A stretch of 35,099 nucleotides of DNA from Bigelowiella natans CCMP2755 (GCA_000320545.1 ADNK01001397.1:1-35099); one strand, 5' to 3'; counted from the first letter of the stretch, positions 21,601 through 32,359 are shown. Numbers and translations: made by a program. The notes: generated by a model not told the origin, from the letters alone.

Positions 21601-23622
21601 CTCCGTTATCTGTCGGATGGTCTTGCCGGGGTTCTTCTTCCGTAGCTCGGTAGGTGTAGGTAGCTTGTTGTCCGCTAGGTCCATAAACTCTAACGCATTA
21701 ACGCTTGACTCAGAGGTCCACTCGTCAAGCCGTATCATGTTCTGGCTGATGGTCCTGCCTGACTTCTTTGGCAACTTAGCAAAGTATATCTTGTGATTGT
21801 AGAATGATATGATCCCCCCTAATTTTTCTAGGGCATCCTGTCCGAGGAGTAGTTCCATGGATAAAGTCATGGCTACTCGGGTCTTGATTTGGGTCTCCGC
21901 GTCGCTGCCAGGTATCTGTAGCTTTAGCATTAGCTCACCGACGGTCTTCATGGAAGAGCTTCCGTCTGCTTGAGCATATTTACGTTCTTTCTTAGTCACT
22001 TGATCCAATAGTCCTAACCTTCTTACTGTGCTTAGGCTTATGAAGGACTTCGGCATGCTGCCACTATCCCAAAGGGCAGGTAGTTTCTTGTAGTCTCCGT
22101 AGCTGTCTTTAACTTTAACCTTGGTCATAGCAACTTTGATAGTCCTGTTAGCGTCTTCGTCATTAATGTTGCATACTCCTAAGTTCTTTATGTCGTCTAG
22201 GGTCATGGGCTTGTCTTGGTCCTGCGTTGCTGGTACTGCTGTCTTCGTCGGCGCCTGCTTAAGGTGATCTAATATTCCGTTTATCTGCTGCTGTATAGCA
22301 TTGATACTGTTCTGCTTTTTGTTCTTATATTTATTGTTCTTCCCGTTGTTGCTGCCTTGCCATTTGCTGTTGTTATATCCTTGTCCTCTGCCTTTCTTTC
22401 TCTTTAACTTCTCGTAGTGTTCGTTGAGCTGCCTGATCGTCATCCTGGGTCGTCCTTCTTTCCTGTCTCTGCAGTCTTTAGCGGTGTGTTTCCCTTTACG
22501 TGAGCAGTATCCGCAACGTCGGTTACCTTCCCTGTCCTTGTACCAGTCTCGCTGCGGCTTAATAGCGTTAATGTTTCCTATGCCAGGTACCTTAGGGCTG
22601 GTAAACTTGCGGTCCTGCTCCTGCTCGCGTAGGGATATAGCCTGCACTGCTGCCTCCATCGTGGTGTAGCCTTTCTCCGTAACGTAAGTGGATTCCTTTA
22701 TCTTTAACTTGAACTCTTCAAACCTTGCCTGATCATCACCTGTGTTGTAATTAAAATCATGTAGTTCGTCGATCATATCCTGGAAGCGCGTGGCAAAGTC
22801 TCTAACAGGTTCTCTCTCATGCTGCATCATTGCTCTGTATTTTCTAATAGCCTGGGGTAGGGAGTTAGCATCCTGTTCATTTACAAAAGCCTTCATTATC
22901 GCCTCAACGTCTCGTAGCCCACTAACTGTAGTGTGTATTTTCTCTAGCTGCCTGATCCGGGTCCTGCCTGTCTCGTAAAGGTCCATGGCTTGCTTTATTA
23001 TAGCTAGCCATTTGAGCTTGTCGTTTTCGGTGGGGTTAGGGGTAAAGTCGCAGAGTATACTCCTAGCGTTCTTCCACCACCTCCTTGCCTCACCTCTTTT
23101 CCCGTTGTATTTCGTTATCATAACCGGTGCTGTTTTAACAGACATGAACTGGGTGTTCCGCTGTACCGGCTGCTGCTGCTTGACGGTGCTCTGGGTCGTC
23201 CCCCGCGAGGCGCCCAGACCCCCGTCGTTCCTAAACAAAGCTGCCCACTCTGGAGGTAAGTCTGCTTCGTAATCCATGATGTCCTGCATGATAGCTGCCC
23301 AAACATCATGTGTCTGATACTTGTATTCTATCGATACTTTCAGTTTGGCGTAGTTGCTCGCCCTGGGTCGCAAGGCTCGTAATGCCATTACGACCTTCTT
23401 GCTTTCGGCGGCCACGTCCTCGTCGTCCGCCTCGTAGAAGTTCTCCAGTGCCTCTGCTGCTGCATCTGCTTTCTTAATCCCGGGTGCTGGTCCCGGCGGT
23501 GCCTGTGGAGGTGTTCCTCCTCCTTCCTTAGCGTCCGTATCGCCCTTCCTTTCCTGTTTCTGCTCGTGCCCTTGCACGGCCTGCGAGCCAAAGTCCTGCT
23601 GTTCTTCTAGCTGCTGTGACAT
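18649..23622 (-). CDS. Gag-Pol polyprotein (1657 aa): capsid, zinc knuckle, aspartic protease, RT, RNase H, integrase, SH3/GPY-F module, C-terminal Dam-like extension
   Basis: Uninterrupted ORF. MHR-like QHEREPVRDFATRF; knuckle CGYCSRKGKHTAKDC; protease ALWDSGS; RT FPYGL..YVDD; RNase H TDWS..GEY..TDHKPL..ADYFSR; integrase AHGPAHVG..QIDV..VDNE..SNSKVERLHRTL; LKEGQYV..PFWGG..HISHLKNY. Confidence 0.96.
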   Translation of the reverse strand: MSQQLEEQQDFGSQAVQGHEQKQERKGDTDAKEGGGTPPQAPPGPAPGIKKADAAAEALENFYEADDEDVAAESKKVVMALRALRPRASNYAKLKVSIEYKYQTHDVWAAIMQDIMDYEADLPPEWAALFRNDGGLGASRGTTQSTVKQQQPVQRNTQFMSVKTAPVMITKYNGKRGEARRWWKNARSILCDFTPNPTENDKLKWLAIIKQAMDLYETGRTRIRQLEKIHTTVSGLRDVEAIMKAFVNEQDANSLPQAIRKYRAMMQHEREPVRDFATRFQDMIDELHDFNYNTGDDQARFEEFKLKIKESTYVTEKGYTTMEAAVQAISLREQEQDRKFTSPKVPGIGNINAIKPQRDWYKDREGNRRCGYCSRKGKHTAKDCRDRKEGRPRMTIRQLNEHYEKLKRKKGRGQGYNNSKWQGSNNGKNNKYKNKKQNSINAIQQQINGILDHLKQAPTKTAVPATQDQDKPMTLDDIKNLGVCNINDEDANRTIKVAMTKVKVKDSYGDYKKLPALWDSGSMPKSFISLSTVRRLGLLDQVTKKERKYAQADGSSSMKTVGELMLKLQIPGSDAETQIKTRVAMTLSMELLLGQDALEKLGGIISFYNHKIYFAKLPKKSGRTISQNMIRLDEWTSESSVNALEFMDLADNKLPTPTELRKKNPGKTIRQITELLDKTPPADDWDIDKGKKYINKILNEKYSDITKPTTKPSSKLTPVKIELKKGYEECIINDPEHRRPEADWEKIEWQINEWAKEGKIEPSNSPWNVRHVLAKKPTYPFFRLAHNFIRHNRVIKRIQTPTPRIDDVIEHVIGYKYYSSLDKNESYMQTPIHKTSRPITAFSSRHRKWHFVVFPYGLSISGDAFSSQNYRAYTHDGMASVLWVFVFVYVDDDIICTNTVVAQIFLLENIFIRFAHFGFTIRLQKCTFLATRIKWCGYYLEQGRITPNPEKVAALQQAPKPKNAKELKSFLQTAAWILRRFSPTYARTAAAFTTAYRKENSVGLSFAKVWAKAGLDAHFDNLIKLCSNTLLNAKLDTTRPATLWTDWSKLGMAAVLTQDQQIIRVWGRACTAAEAKYSPTKGEYKAMTEAQRKLRYYLLSVPSFTLMTDHKPLLGIDRKLEAPNDEYAAMRADTEEFRDKRTVVYAPGDKQLADYFSRLFEKKVPTQVTPMVNAITFEDGDFLPEPEELQHLQEHLDKYKHKHEVLSDRIYVYTNNVRRTYVPRRTRGALLFTAHGPAHVGENHITALLYHYYWPYKLKEIRTYLRGCRRSSLKAAGVATKESSKSRASKKIKARNFLDIVQIDVYKYDGYHYLTFVDVATGKCWVKKIIKVNVAKKNKGLYKQRLTNCYRTWESELQAIPDEVSINKIPKKLHVDNETSLLQLPHPNIDASPVYYAQSNSKVERLHRTLANLSRINSTTPDKIQGLVNDTFTSGGGIKDKEREEGDDNDDDTESEDEKVPYDGRVLKEGQYVRAKVNLRSRNKQDPFWGGVAKVTERKGRKQYYIYDGNRVTLRHISHLKNYDIGEKLLEDVKVNPTVWERAMPCLGPRPKFDVEYGNNKVRVNDDWRMKIVYLGYPGLRNMERVAMKIKDGKYQLLYLAVPDLPFEHWYKVLGDLDAEGWYGHEPKDEGEFWVSDKGDKVREESITWWLVKFRKR

Positions 23623-23638
23623 TGTTAGTCAAATCGTT

Positions 23639-23656
23639 TCCCGTGTGTGGAAGCCA
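23639..23656 (-). other. Primer-binding site TGGCTTCCACACACGGGA
   Basis: Begins with TGG (complement of the tRNA CCA end) 5 nt inside the 5' LTR. Its complement TCCCGTGTGTGGAAGCCA looks like a tRNA T-arm/acceptor 3' end. The tRNA species is not determined. Confidence 0.75.
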
Positions 23657-23661
23657 AAGGT

Positions 23662-23987
23662 TGTTGCGCGTAAGGTGTTCACAGGCCGAGGCGCTACGTG
23701 CACAAGTAGGCAGGGGGGGGGAAAGGCACGTTTGCTTCCTTTTGAAGAGTTGTGTTTATTTTTATTAAAGATTATATTTTTATTAAATCGTGCACTGCGT
23801 AATCATTCGCGAAGCTTTCGCGAATGCCGCCGCACGTGGGGCAGCACACTTCCGGTGTGCTGCCATGAGTCCCGCCGGAACCCACGTGCCTATGCTGTAT
23901 TAATATCTACGTTATCTATATTCTATATCCGCGACAACCCCTTTGTTGTCGCACGTGACTTGTGCCCGCGTAGTGGTACGCGCTACA
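23662..23987 (-). repeat. 5' LTR (326 bp)
   Basis: Direct repeat of 18272-18597; followed on the minus strand by the PBS and the gag ATG. Confidence 0.97.
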
Positions 23988-24070
23988 AACATACTAGCAT
24001 ACGCGGTCAATCAGTACACACATTTTTGCATTTTAGCTGCATGGCTGTGTGGTTATTTAGTTATGTCTAG

Positions 24071-24110
<40 letters not shown>

Positions 24111-24658
24111 ACAGTAGTTGCACTGAACTGCGCACAAGCTAGTTATTAGCTAGCCCAGCTAGCCAGATACGATGTCTCCGAATGATCAATAATGTTTAGA
24201 TGACATGCCAGCATGGCTGGCTCTTTAATAAAGGCACATGTAAGACGGACGTAATTAATTAATTAATCATGTGTCTAGCTACTTAGCTTCAGCGCAGCAT
24301 GCTAGTAGCATAGATATAAATTCAACATTTTGGTTAGTGTCTCATGAATACATTCATAATGCATGCTAGCATGATGCTAGCATGGTGAAAGCATCAATTG
24401 CAAACTTGCGTGGAGTGCTGTCACACAGCAATCTAGCAATCTCTTGTTGTTACGTGTACACCTAAACATGTCGCCTTGAGCATCTAATAGCAGGCGCCTG
24501 CTATAACCTGCTAGCCTGGCGAGGAGCAATACTGGGGAGGAACGCCGTTGTTGCCGCTCGCATAGCATACGAGCTTGTAAGCAGCAGCGGTTCTAGTAAT
24601 CTAGTTATCTTTGAGTGAGACAGCATTATACGCATACGCACTCCAAATTGACAGCGAT

Positions 24659-27014
24659 CTAAGCAAGTGCTTCTATGAAAGCCTCTGGATCAAAATCTCT
24701 AAGATCTTCCATCTTTTCTCCGACACCTTTCATAATGACACATACACAACATGCACGCACACAGTGAGCTGAGCGAGGACGCAAGGCCGCGCAGATTTAT
24801 ATACACACAACTACAAACCACTGCTACTAGTACGATAATCGCCGCTGTTGTTCTTGGCACTGCGGTTTTCCAGTTACTCTCCTCTCCACATCCTTCTACT
24901 ATTTGTTATTGCCACTGACCAATTAGCCGAACAGGTAGCTTCAAGTCCTGAGCGATAGAGAATATTGCCCCGCCTTTCGAGCTAGGAGCATACAGCGAAA
25001 ACACAACAAAACCAAAAGCTCAGCGAACGTTGCGACAACGACAGCGACGCTCACCAACCTGCCATCGAGCTTCGTCACCACGACCCCGGTGAGGGGTGCG
25101 AACTCATTAAATTCCTTCGCTTGGATCACTGCGACAAGGGGGGGGGGGGGGCAGATGATAGTATATTTATGAAAGAATGATATGGATGTACAAACGCTAA
25201 TGTTTCTGTGTCCAATGCTTTTTATAGAGCACAGCTAACGGTGGAGCTGCATTTCTGTGCGCTTTTCCAAAGGGCATCAAGAAGCATGTGTGCCTCTTCT
25301 GGTTATTACCAGAGTTTTGACCGACTGTTCCATCTAGCACGAGGAGAGTTTCGTGAGGCCTGCCCGTGCAGAAGGGGAGGGAGAAGAGGGAGGGGGACGG
25401 AAGGGGGAGGGGGAAGGGAAAAGAGGAATGAAGAATCGTCATCATATATGCGAAACGGCTTCCTTAAAATAAAATGTCTACCCATCAGGGATGGACTTCT
25501 GCACCGCTTTATATATTTTGTTAAGTTCATCCATAAGGCCCTCCTAATATGGGCACCACAACACAAACAACGTGAAGAACGTTCAAATTCAGCTCAAACT
25601 GTAGAGCATCTCAACCCCCCCCCTCAATTCACAAGTCTCTATGATTCCTCAGCATCCTCCCTTCAACTACCCGCTTTTATCTTATGAGATCACTCGAGTC
25701 AATCACCATGTTTCACAAGCACGCCACCACGAAACAACGGCGAAGAGCTAATATTACCTTGTTTTGAAGCCGCCCAGCTGTATCAATTATCACCGTGTCG
25801 TGACCCCCCTGGTACAGCGACGAAGGCGAGGTCAGGGAGGAGGAATAGGAAGAGAGGAGGAGAGGAGGAAGGGGGATGGCGAAGGAGATGGGAAGTAGTA
25901 TATCAGTGTTGGTGATACAGCGAAGAATAGAAAAGAAGCGAACACGACAAAACACTTGTTGGACAACTGTTTTGTCTTGTTCGCTTCTTTCTTCTTCAGC
26001 AGCTACAAACACTACTACTCCTACCACTGCTCCTACCTTTTTTGCAGCCTCGATGGCATCGTATACGACGGTGGAGGGCTTGCAGTTGTCGTTGCGCGGG
26101 GTTGTCATTTCTACGCCGATTCGGTCTGCCCACACACCTATTTTGAAGGGGGAGGGGTGATTGATGAAAGAATAAATAAATCATCATCCGGTTTCGAGTC
26201 GCCAACTCCTCGATTCTCGTAATGTACAATCGGATGTCACGTCTTGCCATGCCATACATCATCCGCACCTAATTGGTCTACGGCGGCCGCTCTGAATGTA
26301 TCTGCCGCTGCCAGCATCACCTGCACGAAAAAGCAGTGATGATTCATTGTTGTTGTTGATGGTGTTGTGCGCCAATATCATGATCAGAGTGCTTGGCGGG
26401 GGATGGACGTCATCACAATTCTCCGCATGCGCGCGGGCACGCACGTGTGTATGTGTGTTTATTGAAATGTCAATTGCTGACTTTTCGGCCGTCGTTCTTG
26501 AGTCGATTGGCCATCTTTGCTATGGTAGTGGTCTTCCCGGCACCGTTCACTCCGACGACGAGAAGAACCCAGATGTTTTCCTCTTTCGGCTTCAGAGGTA
26601 CGTGCACGTTGTCAAGAATGTCTCTACACAAAGAAAAGTAAATTTCATCGACGATAAATACATTCGTATATTTAGCATTTTGTTAGGAAAGGGAGGAAAG
26701 CCTGAAACAGTCCAAAGTTTTGTACCTCATATTTTGGCGGAGCACATCACGAAGTGTTTCAGCGTTAGTCTCTCTGAGATATTCAAGAATAAGGTTTTAT
26801 GATGGTCACATGATAAGGGAGGGGAACTAGGGAGAAAAACACAAAACAAATATATGCACATACCCCCCTGCCACCAGATCTCGGATCGGGTCAAGCAAGA
26901 CCGTTGTTGTCGAAATGCCGACGTCTGCCATCAAAAGCTGACGGATGGATAAAGATTGTTGGTGTGAGATCTGGTCGCACTGATGCTTGCGCACATAACA
27001 CACGAACACACACG

Positions 27015-27053
<39 letters not shown>

Positions 27054-27488
27054 TACACTGTTCTCCCCAACACACCATCCTCCATGCTTGCTACCCACCA
27101 ACTACGCAGGACCCCCCTCCTCATTCCTCTTCACCTGTTCCTCGAGCTCATCAATCGTGTCATCGTCAACCTCCCCGGTCATCAGCAGATTGAACTGCTG
27201 CTGAAGAGCATTCCGGCTTTTACTGAGGGAATTGGCGAGCGACTCGACGATACTCTTATCAGCGCCTACCCGAAATTCACGGGTTGGCGCAGTCTTCCGC
27301 CCCATAAGATTGCAGGGTCGCGAGGAGATAGAGCGAAGGACAGATGGATGAAAGGAGGAGCTCCGTGCGCTCTTTATCGAACGAAGGCCTAGCGGGGAGC
27401 TAACTCGCCGGGCGCTGTGCGAGGCGAAGACCATCGCACCGACCGCCATCAATAACACGCACCAACACGTGGCCTTGGTGCGTATCAT
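24659..27488 (-). CDS. ftsY: Plastid-targeted signal recognition particle receptor FtsY (cpFtsY), multi-exon
   Basis: DELEEQ|[20 protein letters not shown] (P-loop), [67 protein letters not shown]. Hydrophobic signal peptide then a Ser/Arg-rich transit-like peptide from the ATG at 27488. Confidence 0.93.
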
Positions 27489-28035
27489 AGCGGAAAGCAG
27501 TGGTGGGAGAAGCTGGTTCTTCAAAGGTCGAGGCGGTTTTCTGCTACGGAACTGAGGTAGTACCCCCCTGCCTGCTCTTTGAGTTGTGAGCACAACCAGT
27601 CTTCTGCTTCTCCGGGGCAGAGAAATCTGGAGAACTTGGCCAAGAATGTCAAGGCGTTTTCTAGCTAAAACTCACATCAATTCCTGACGTATCATCCAAA
27701 ACGCAGGGCATTTAAGACAAAAACTCATGAGCGAGGGAGCAAAAGAGCAATCGTGGCTCGTTTCAGGGAAAATAAACAAGGAGTCATCATACTGATCCAG
27801 ACGTATTTGTTGTGTGGTTGCTGCATTATTCTAGCTCAAAAAAATACCCATAAACTACTAATTATTGCAGATATGGTCTTTGTTGGTGTTTGTTGTTGCT
27901 TTTGTTGTTCTTGTTGTAATTTTATTCCAATGCTCTACCGGGAAACTACGAACCATATTGCGACTAGTTAGGACAAGAAATCAGCAACTAAGTGCACCCC
28001 GGTCTGCGAGTATTTGAGCACTGGGGCATCCACAG

Positions 28036-28282
28036 ATGGCTGCTGTGCCGTCTACCGTGCGGAAGGTGATGCCGCCCCTCGTACGGGTGCAACTACATCA
28101 CAGAATACCATTCCACATCTCGTGATGATTGAGCTCGCATTGTAATCGTGATTAGGCAGCGTACGACGTCGTAGTTTGTGGTGCAGGATTCGCGGGTGTC
28201 TCTGTTGCGAGGCATCTCTCCGAGCATCACCGACTAAAGGCAAACAGACTGCTGATATTGTGTTTCTTCGATTCTGACATTG

Positions 28283-28337
<55 letters not shown>

Positions 28338-29801
28338 GCTCGCTCGCTCACTCTCTTTCCCTGTGTGTGCCTGTGTTCTCCTAGGTCGCATTGGTTGATC
28401 CAAACGCCCCGCTATCCTTGACATCTGCCGTGTCGACGGAATGCTATCGGGACGTGTGGAGGTGCGTGCGTAAAAACACTTCACTGCACGGCATTATACT
28501 GATTCAATTTACGGCAGTCTTTGAGAGATTTATTGCCTGATCTGTTCTGAGAGTCGCCTCATTTATCTTCTTCAGTAATGGTGCGATGCAGCAGCTAATG
28601 CGCAGGTGGTGTTTCGTGAGAAATCTAATCTACCATCCACTTCCTTGCATAATACACGATGTGTGGTGTTTGTATGTCCATTTAAAAAGATAAATGTTTT
28701 GTTGTTGCCCTTTTTTGGGGGTTTCCCCCTTTCGCCTGAAAGGTCGATTGATGGCATGGAAACCTTGGCTAGGGAGAGCGGGAACGAGTTTAACATGAAT
28801 CGCAACGGTGAGTATACTAACCGATACATCCACGTGCCAAAGAGGCGAACCCACCGACACTCTGATGCGCTGAATCATAGCCCTCAACGTCTGTCATCCC
28901 TAAAAAAGGCTACTTGTTCGTTGCGACCGACCCTGGTGACCCCCTCCCAGAGGCACCTGCTGAATGGAAGCTCAGGAGGACACGGGGGAGGACTAGGCAT
29001 TGCAGTGGTGATGATGCGAATGGCCTCCACGCTTCTTCGTCTTCATCATCATCATCTTCATCGTCACCGTGCTCCTCACAACCATACGTTCCAAATGTCG
29101 CCGTGCCAACCCCCGACCCCCACTGCGAGTTTCTGGCGAATCCGGACGGAATGGACCTTCTCACCGGCGAGGACGTCCACAGGCAATTTCCCTTCCTTGC
29201 CCGCCAATCAACGCATCATCGCCGCAACGAAGAGGGCAAGGAGGGCAGCGACGGCATCACCGCGGCAGTACATGCAAGAAGGTGTGGATGGTTAGACAGC
29301 CAGGGGTATGGCTCTTATTTACTCAATCGTGCGAAGGACCACGGAGTAAGCTATTCATATCGCTCGCTCACTCACTCACCGATGATGTATCACAATCCCA
29401 GATCCGATGGGGAAATATGACAATATGCTGCTGACCAACGTCAGGTGGAGACCTGGCAAGGCTACTCCGTTTCCGGAATAGACGTGGGCAATGGCAGAGT
29501 CAAAGCTGTTAAGCTGCAGCATGCGTCCTCCAGGTAGTGCAGACAGCTGTTTGTATGTGCTGATGTGGGGAGATGCTTATTGTGTCTTTATATGAACGTT
29601 CGCGTGTGTGTGTGTGTGCGCGTATTTCTCCTTCGTATACCCACCGTACTCGGCCTCCCTACGCCTGTTGTTATTTCAGGGAGGTGGAAGTAATCGAAGC
29701 CCCTGCCTTCGTCAATGCGGCTGGCCCATTCGCCAGGGTGAGGAGGAAGAAACATGTGCAAAAGAGGCAGCATGTTGCTGTTCTGCATTCTCGACGATTA
29801 C

Positions 29802-29843
<42 letters not shown>

Positions 29844-29847
29844 GTGT

Positions 29848-29901
<54 letters not shown>

Positions 29902-30119
29902 TATTGTGTTGGGATGGGATGACGCTGCGTGTGTGCGACAGGGGTGAAGTGTCCTTTGCCAGATGCATCCTCCTTTCATCTCACACGATGCGTGTGCCAT
30001 GATAACGATCAGAGTATTCACGCGCTGCTGCCAAGAGACGTAGAAGATCCCCTCGGAGACCTCAACCTGACAAACACTCTTCATGCGAAGGTCAGTCAAA
30101 GAGAAAGAGTGCAAGATAG

Positions 30120-30166
<47 letters not shown>

Positions 30167-31865
30167 GGGGGAGGGACCTAATGCGTACTGAATATGCACT
30201 GCATATACCGTGTGCTAATTGTCAGGTGATGCTCCGAGATGTCCACGGAGTGATCCCTAGTCACAGCCCAATGATTATCTCCGCAGATCCGATTAAGATA
30301 CCGTGGGATGAAGGCGAGCTCCAGGTAGCAGCAGCAGCAGTAGCAGCAGCAGCTCAATCATGATCTGATACTAAGACCAAAAAGGAAAAACTAGAAGTTG
30401 TAGTAGTAGTAGTAGTAGTAGTAGTAGCAGTAGATGATGTAAGTAGTGGGTTGTGGTAGAGGCCACAGCGGAACTGTTACGAAGAAAGGAAGAATCCAAG
30501 TGCCAGAGACGCTCATTTCTGCATCTTTTCAGGGGCTTCTGGAAGCCAACAACGAGGAGCTGGAGGCGGTAGTAACCACAACTGTCTCAGGGCTCTTCAA
30601 TCCCTGATCTGTCTGCTGCTGAGAATGACTGGACACAACCGCTAGACCCCTGCTGCTGTATCGTTCGTCTCCTCCCTTCAAAATATACCTGCGACGCTAC
30701 CAAAATAAAAATCACCTGAAATTATTTTTTTTGATTTTGTTCCCTACCAATCGTACTGTGCCGCCGCTGCGTAGATGCTGGGGCCGGCGTGGTGCCGATC
30801 GCACTTAGAGGCGCTTCCCGCGGGAGCTCACGTGAGGCCCACCTCGAATGGAGATTGGTCAGTACAAGGGGCGTGTGGTGGTGGTGACAACGATGGTGGT
30901 AAAAGCGTTTGCGGTGATAATAATTTTGAGTAGATGAAGATGCGTCTGTGTTATTGATGTCTTTCCGACGCGAATAACATAAAAGGCTCGTATTTGTCTG
31001 GGAGCACGCCCATCACCACGTCACAGCTGGGACTCTAGTCGACGATGACCACCAAGGTTTCGCAAGTGAAGAATGGGGGAGGGAAAGCCTTATTCTTCAT
31101 TAGTCTTTTTATGTTTGCCGAGAGACATTTCTCGCGCTTGAATATTGATGATAAACGACGTATGAAATCAGATCTGAAGAGTCCCCTCCACCGCGACTTC
31201 TACCCCGACTTGGTAAGTACCCACCCCCCTGCTCCCTCCGAAGATTTTAAAAAACAAGCCAGCTCAGTAAAAAACGGGAAGCGAAAAAGATGACGGGAGA
31301 CTCTGATTAATTTCTTTTGCCTCTCCATTCTATTCCAAATAAAGGTTGAGTCAAGGCTCGACGACCTGTATCCTGAGATGGCTCTCAGGGCAATGGCCAC
31401 CATCGTGCCGGCTCTCGAGCACTATGTCGGCGGAGGAAGCGGCAATCAGCCGCCGCACATAGGAACGAACATGGACGGGGGCTACTACACATCAACTTCA
31501 GATTCGAAGCCAGTGATCGGCCCTCTCGCCGAAGTTGGCGGGTGAGGACGCCATTACTCGCGCTCTCGTGTTATTATTTCCCCTATCTCTGCTATTGTGC
31601 ATGATCATGACAACCTTGAAAACTATAATCTTCACGCAGGTATTACTTCCTCTGCGGCTTCGCTGGATATGGTCTGATGGCGGCAGAAGGCGCCGGGGAG
31701 CTCTGTGCGCAACACGTAGCACGCGATTGCAGCAGTAATAAGTCTTCAATAGCCTCTTTCCCGGAGTGGGGCCAGGCGTTCTCTTCAGAGCTTTCGCAGA
31801 GACTGGATTATGAGAAGCGATTCGGTACGGCGAGTACAAGTGGAAGAATAGGCGGCTCGCTTTGA
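28036..31865 (+). CDS. FAD-dependent oxidoreductase (DAO/sarcosine oxidase beta-like family), multi-exon
   Basis: YDVVVCGAGFAGVSVARHL (Rossmann GxGxxG), VALVD..LSLTSAVSTECYRDVW, RSIDGMETLARESGNEFNMNRNG, HARRCGWLDSQ, FVNAAGPFA, DGGYYT..DSKPVIGP, CGFAGYGLMAAEGAGEL. The ATG at 28036 follows CAG, so an upstream exon is possible. Confidence 0.88.
29803..29898 (+). repeat. Compound (CT)n(GT)n intronic microsatellite
   Basis: Directly visible. Other tracts in this gene: (CT)n 28286-28328, (GA)n 30122-30162, (GTA)n ~30399-30433. Confidence 0.95.
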
Positions 31866-32359
31866 TAGGAATAAGACAAGATAGCGTCGCTTTACTAGTA
31901 TAGCAGCTGCCGCCTTGTTTACGGCCATTTTCGCAGCTACGAAATAATCGCAGCTAGCTAGTTGATAATAGCAAGCTTGTTGGTGGTTGTATCGATCACC
32001 ACTTTCCTTCTATGTGTATGCGTGTACTAGCATGCTGCTGTATATATTACATACATTTGATGATGACTGACGACGCGAGATGCCAGTCTAGGCTGTGCAT
32101 GCATGCACGCACGCGTGTGATCGAAACATATTTGTTTGCTTGGTTCGAGAGTTGTTTTCGCGTGCATGCATGCAAGTGAGCGCACTATAATGTTGCAACG
32201 AATGACGGGCCAATGGATGTAGCTGACCTTATGGCACGATTTAACGAACAAACGCACGATAGTACTGTGCACGGGAAGTTTGTCCAACAATTGGGGCCTG
32301 CCGCAATATATACCTACTCGATTGCTCTCTTTCAAATATTCGTGAGAGCGAGCTACTTG

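Larger units (their letters stand above)
18272..23987 (-). mobile_element. Full-length Ty3/Gypsy-type LTR retrotransposon, 5716 bp
   Basis: Two 326-bp direct repeats with TG...CA ends; 4-bp TSD AACA (18268-18271 and 23988-23991); PBS; PPT; single gag-pol ORF in PR-RT-RH-IN order (Gypsy order). Confidence 0.97.
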
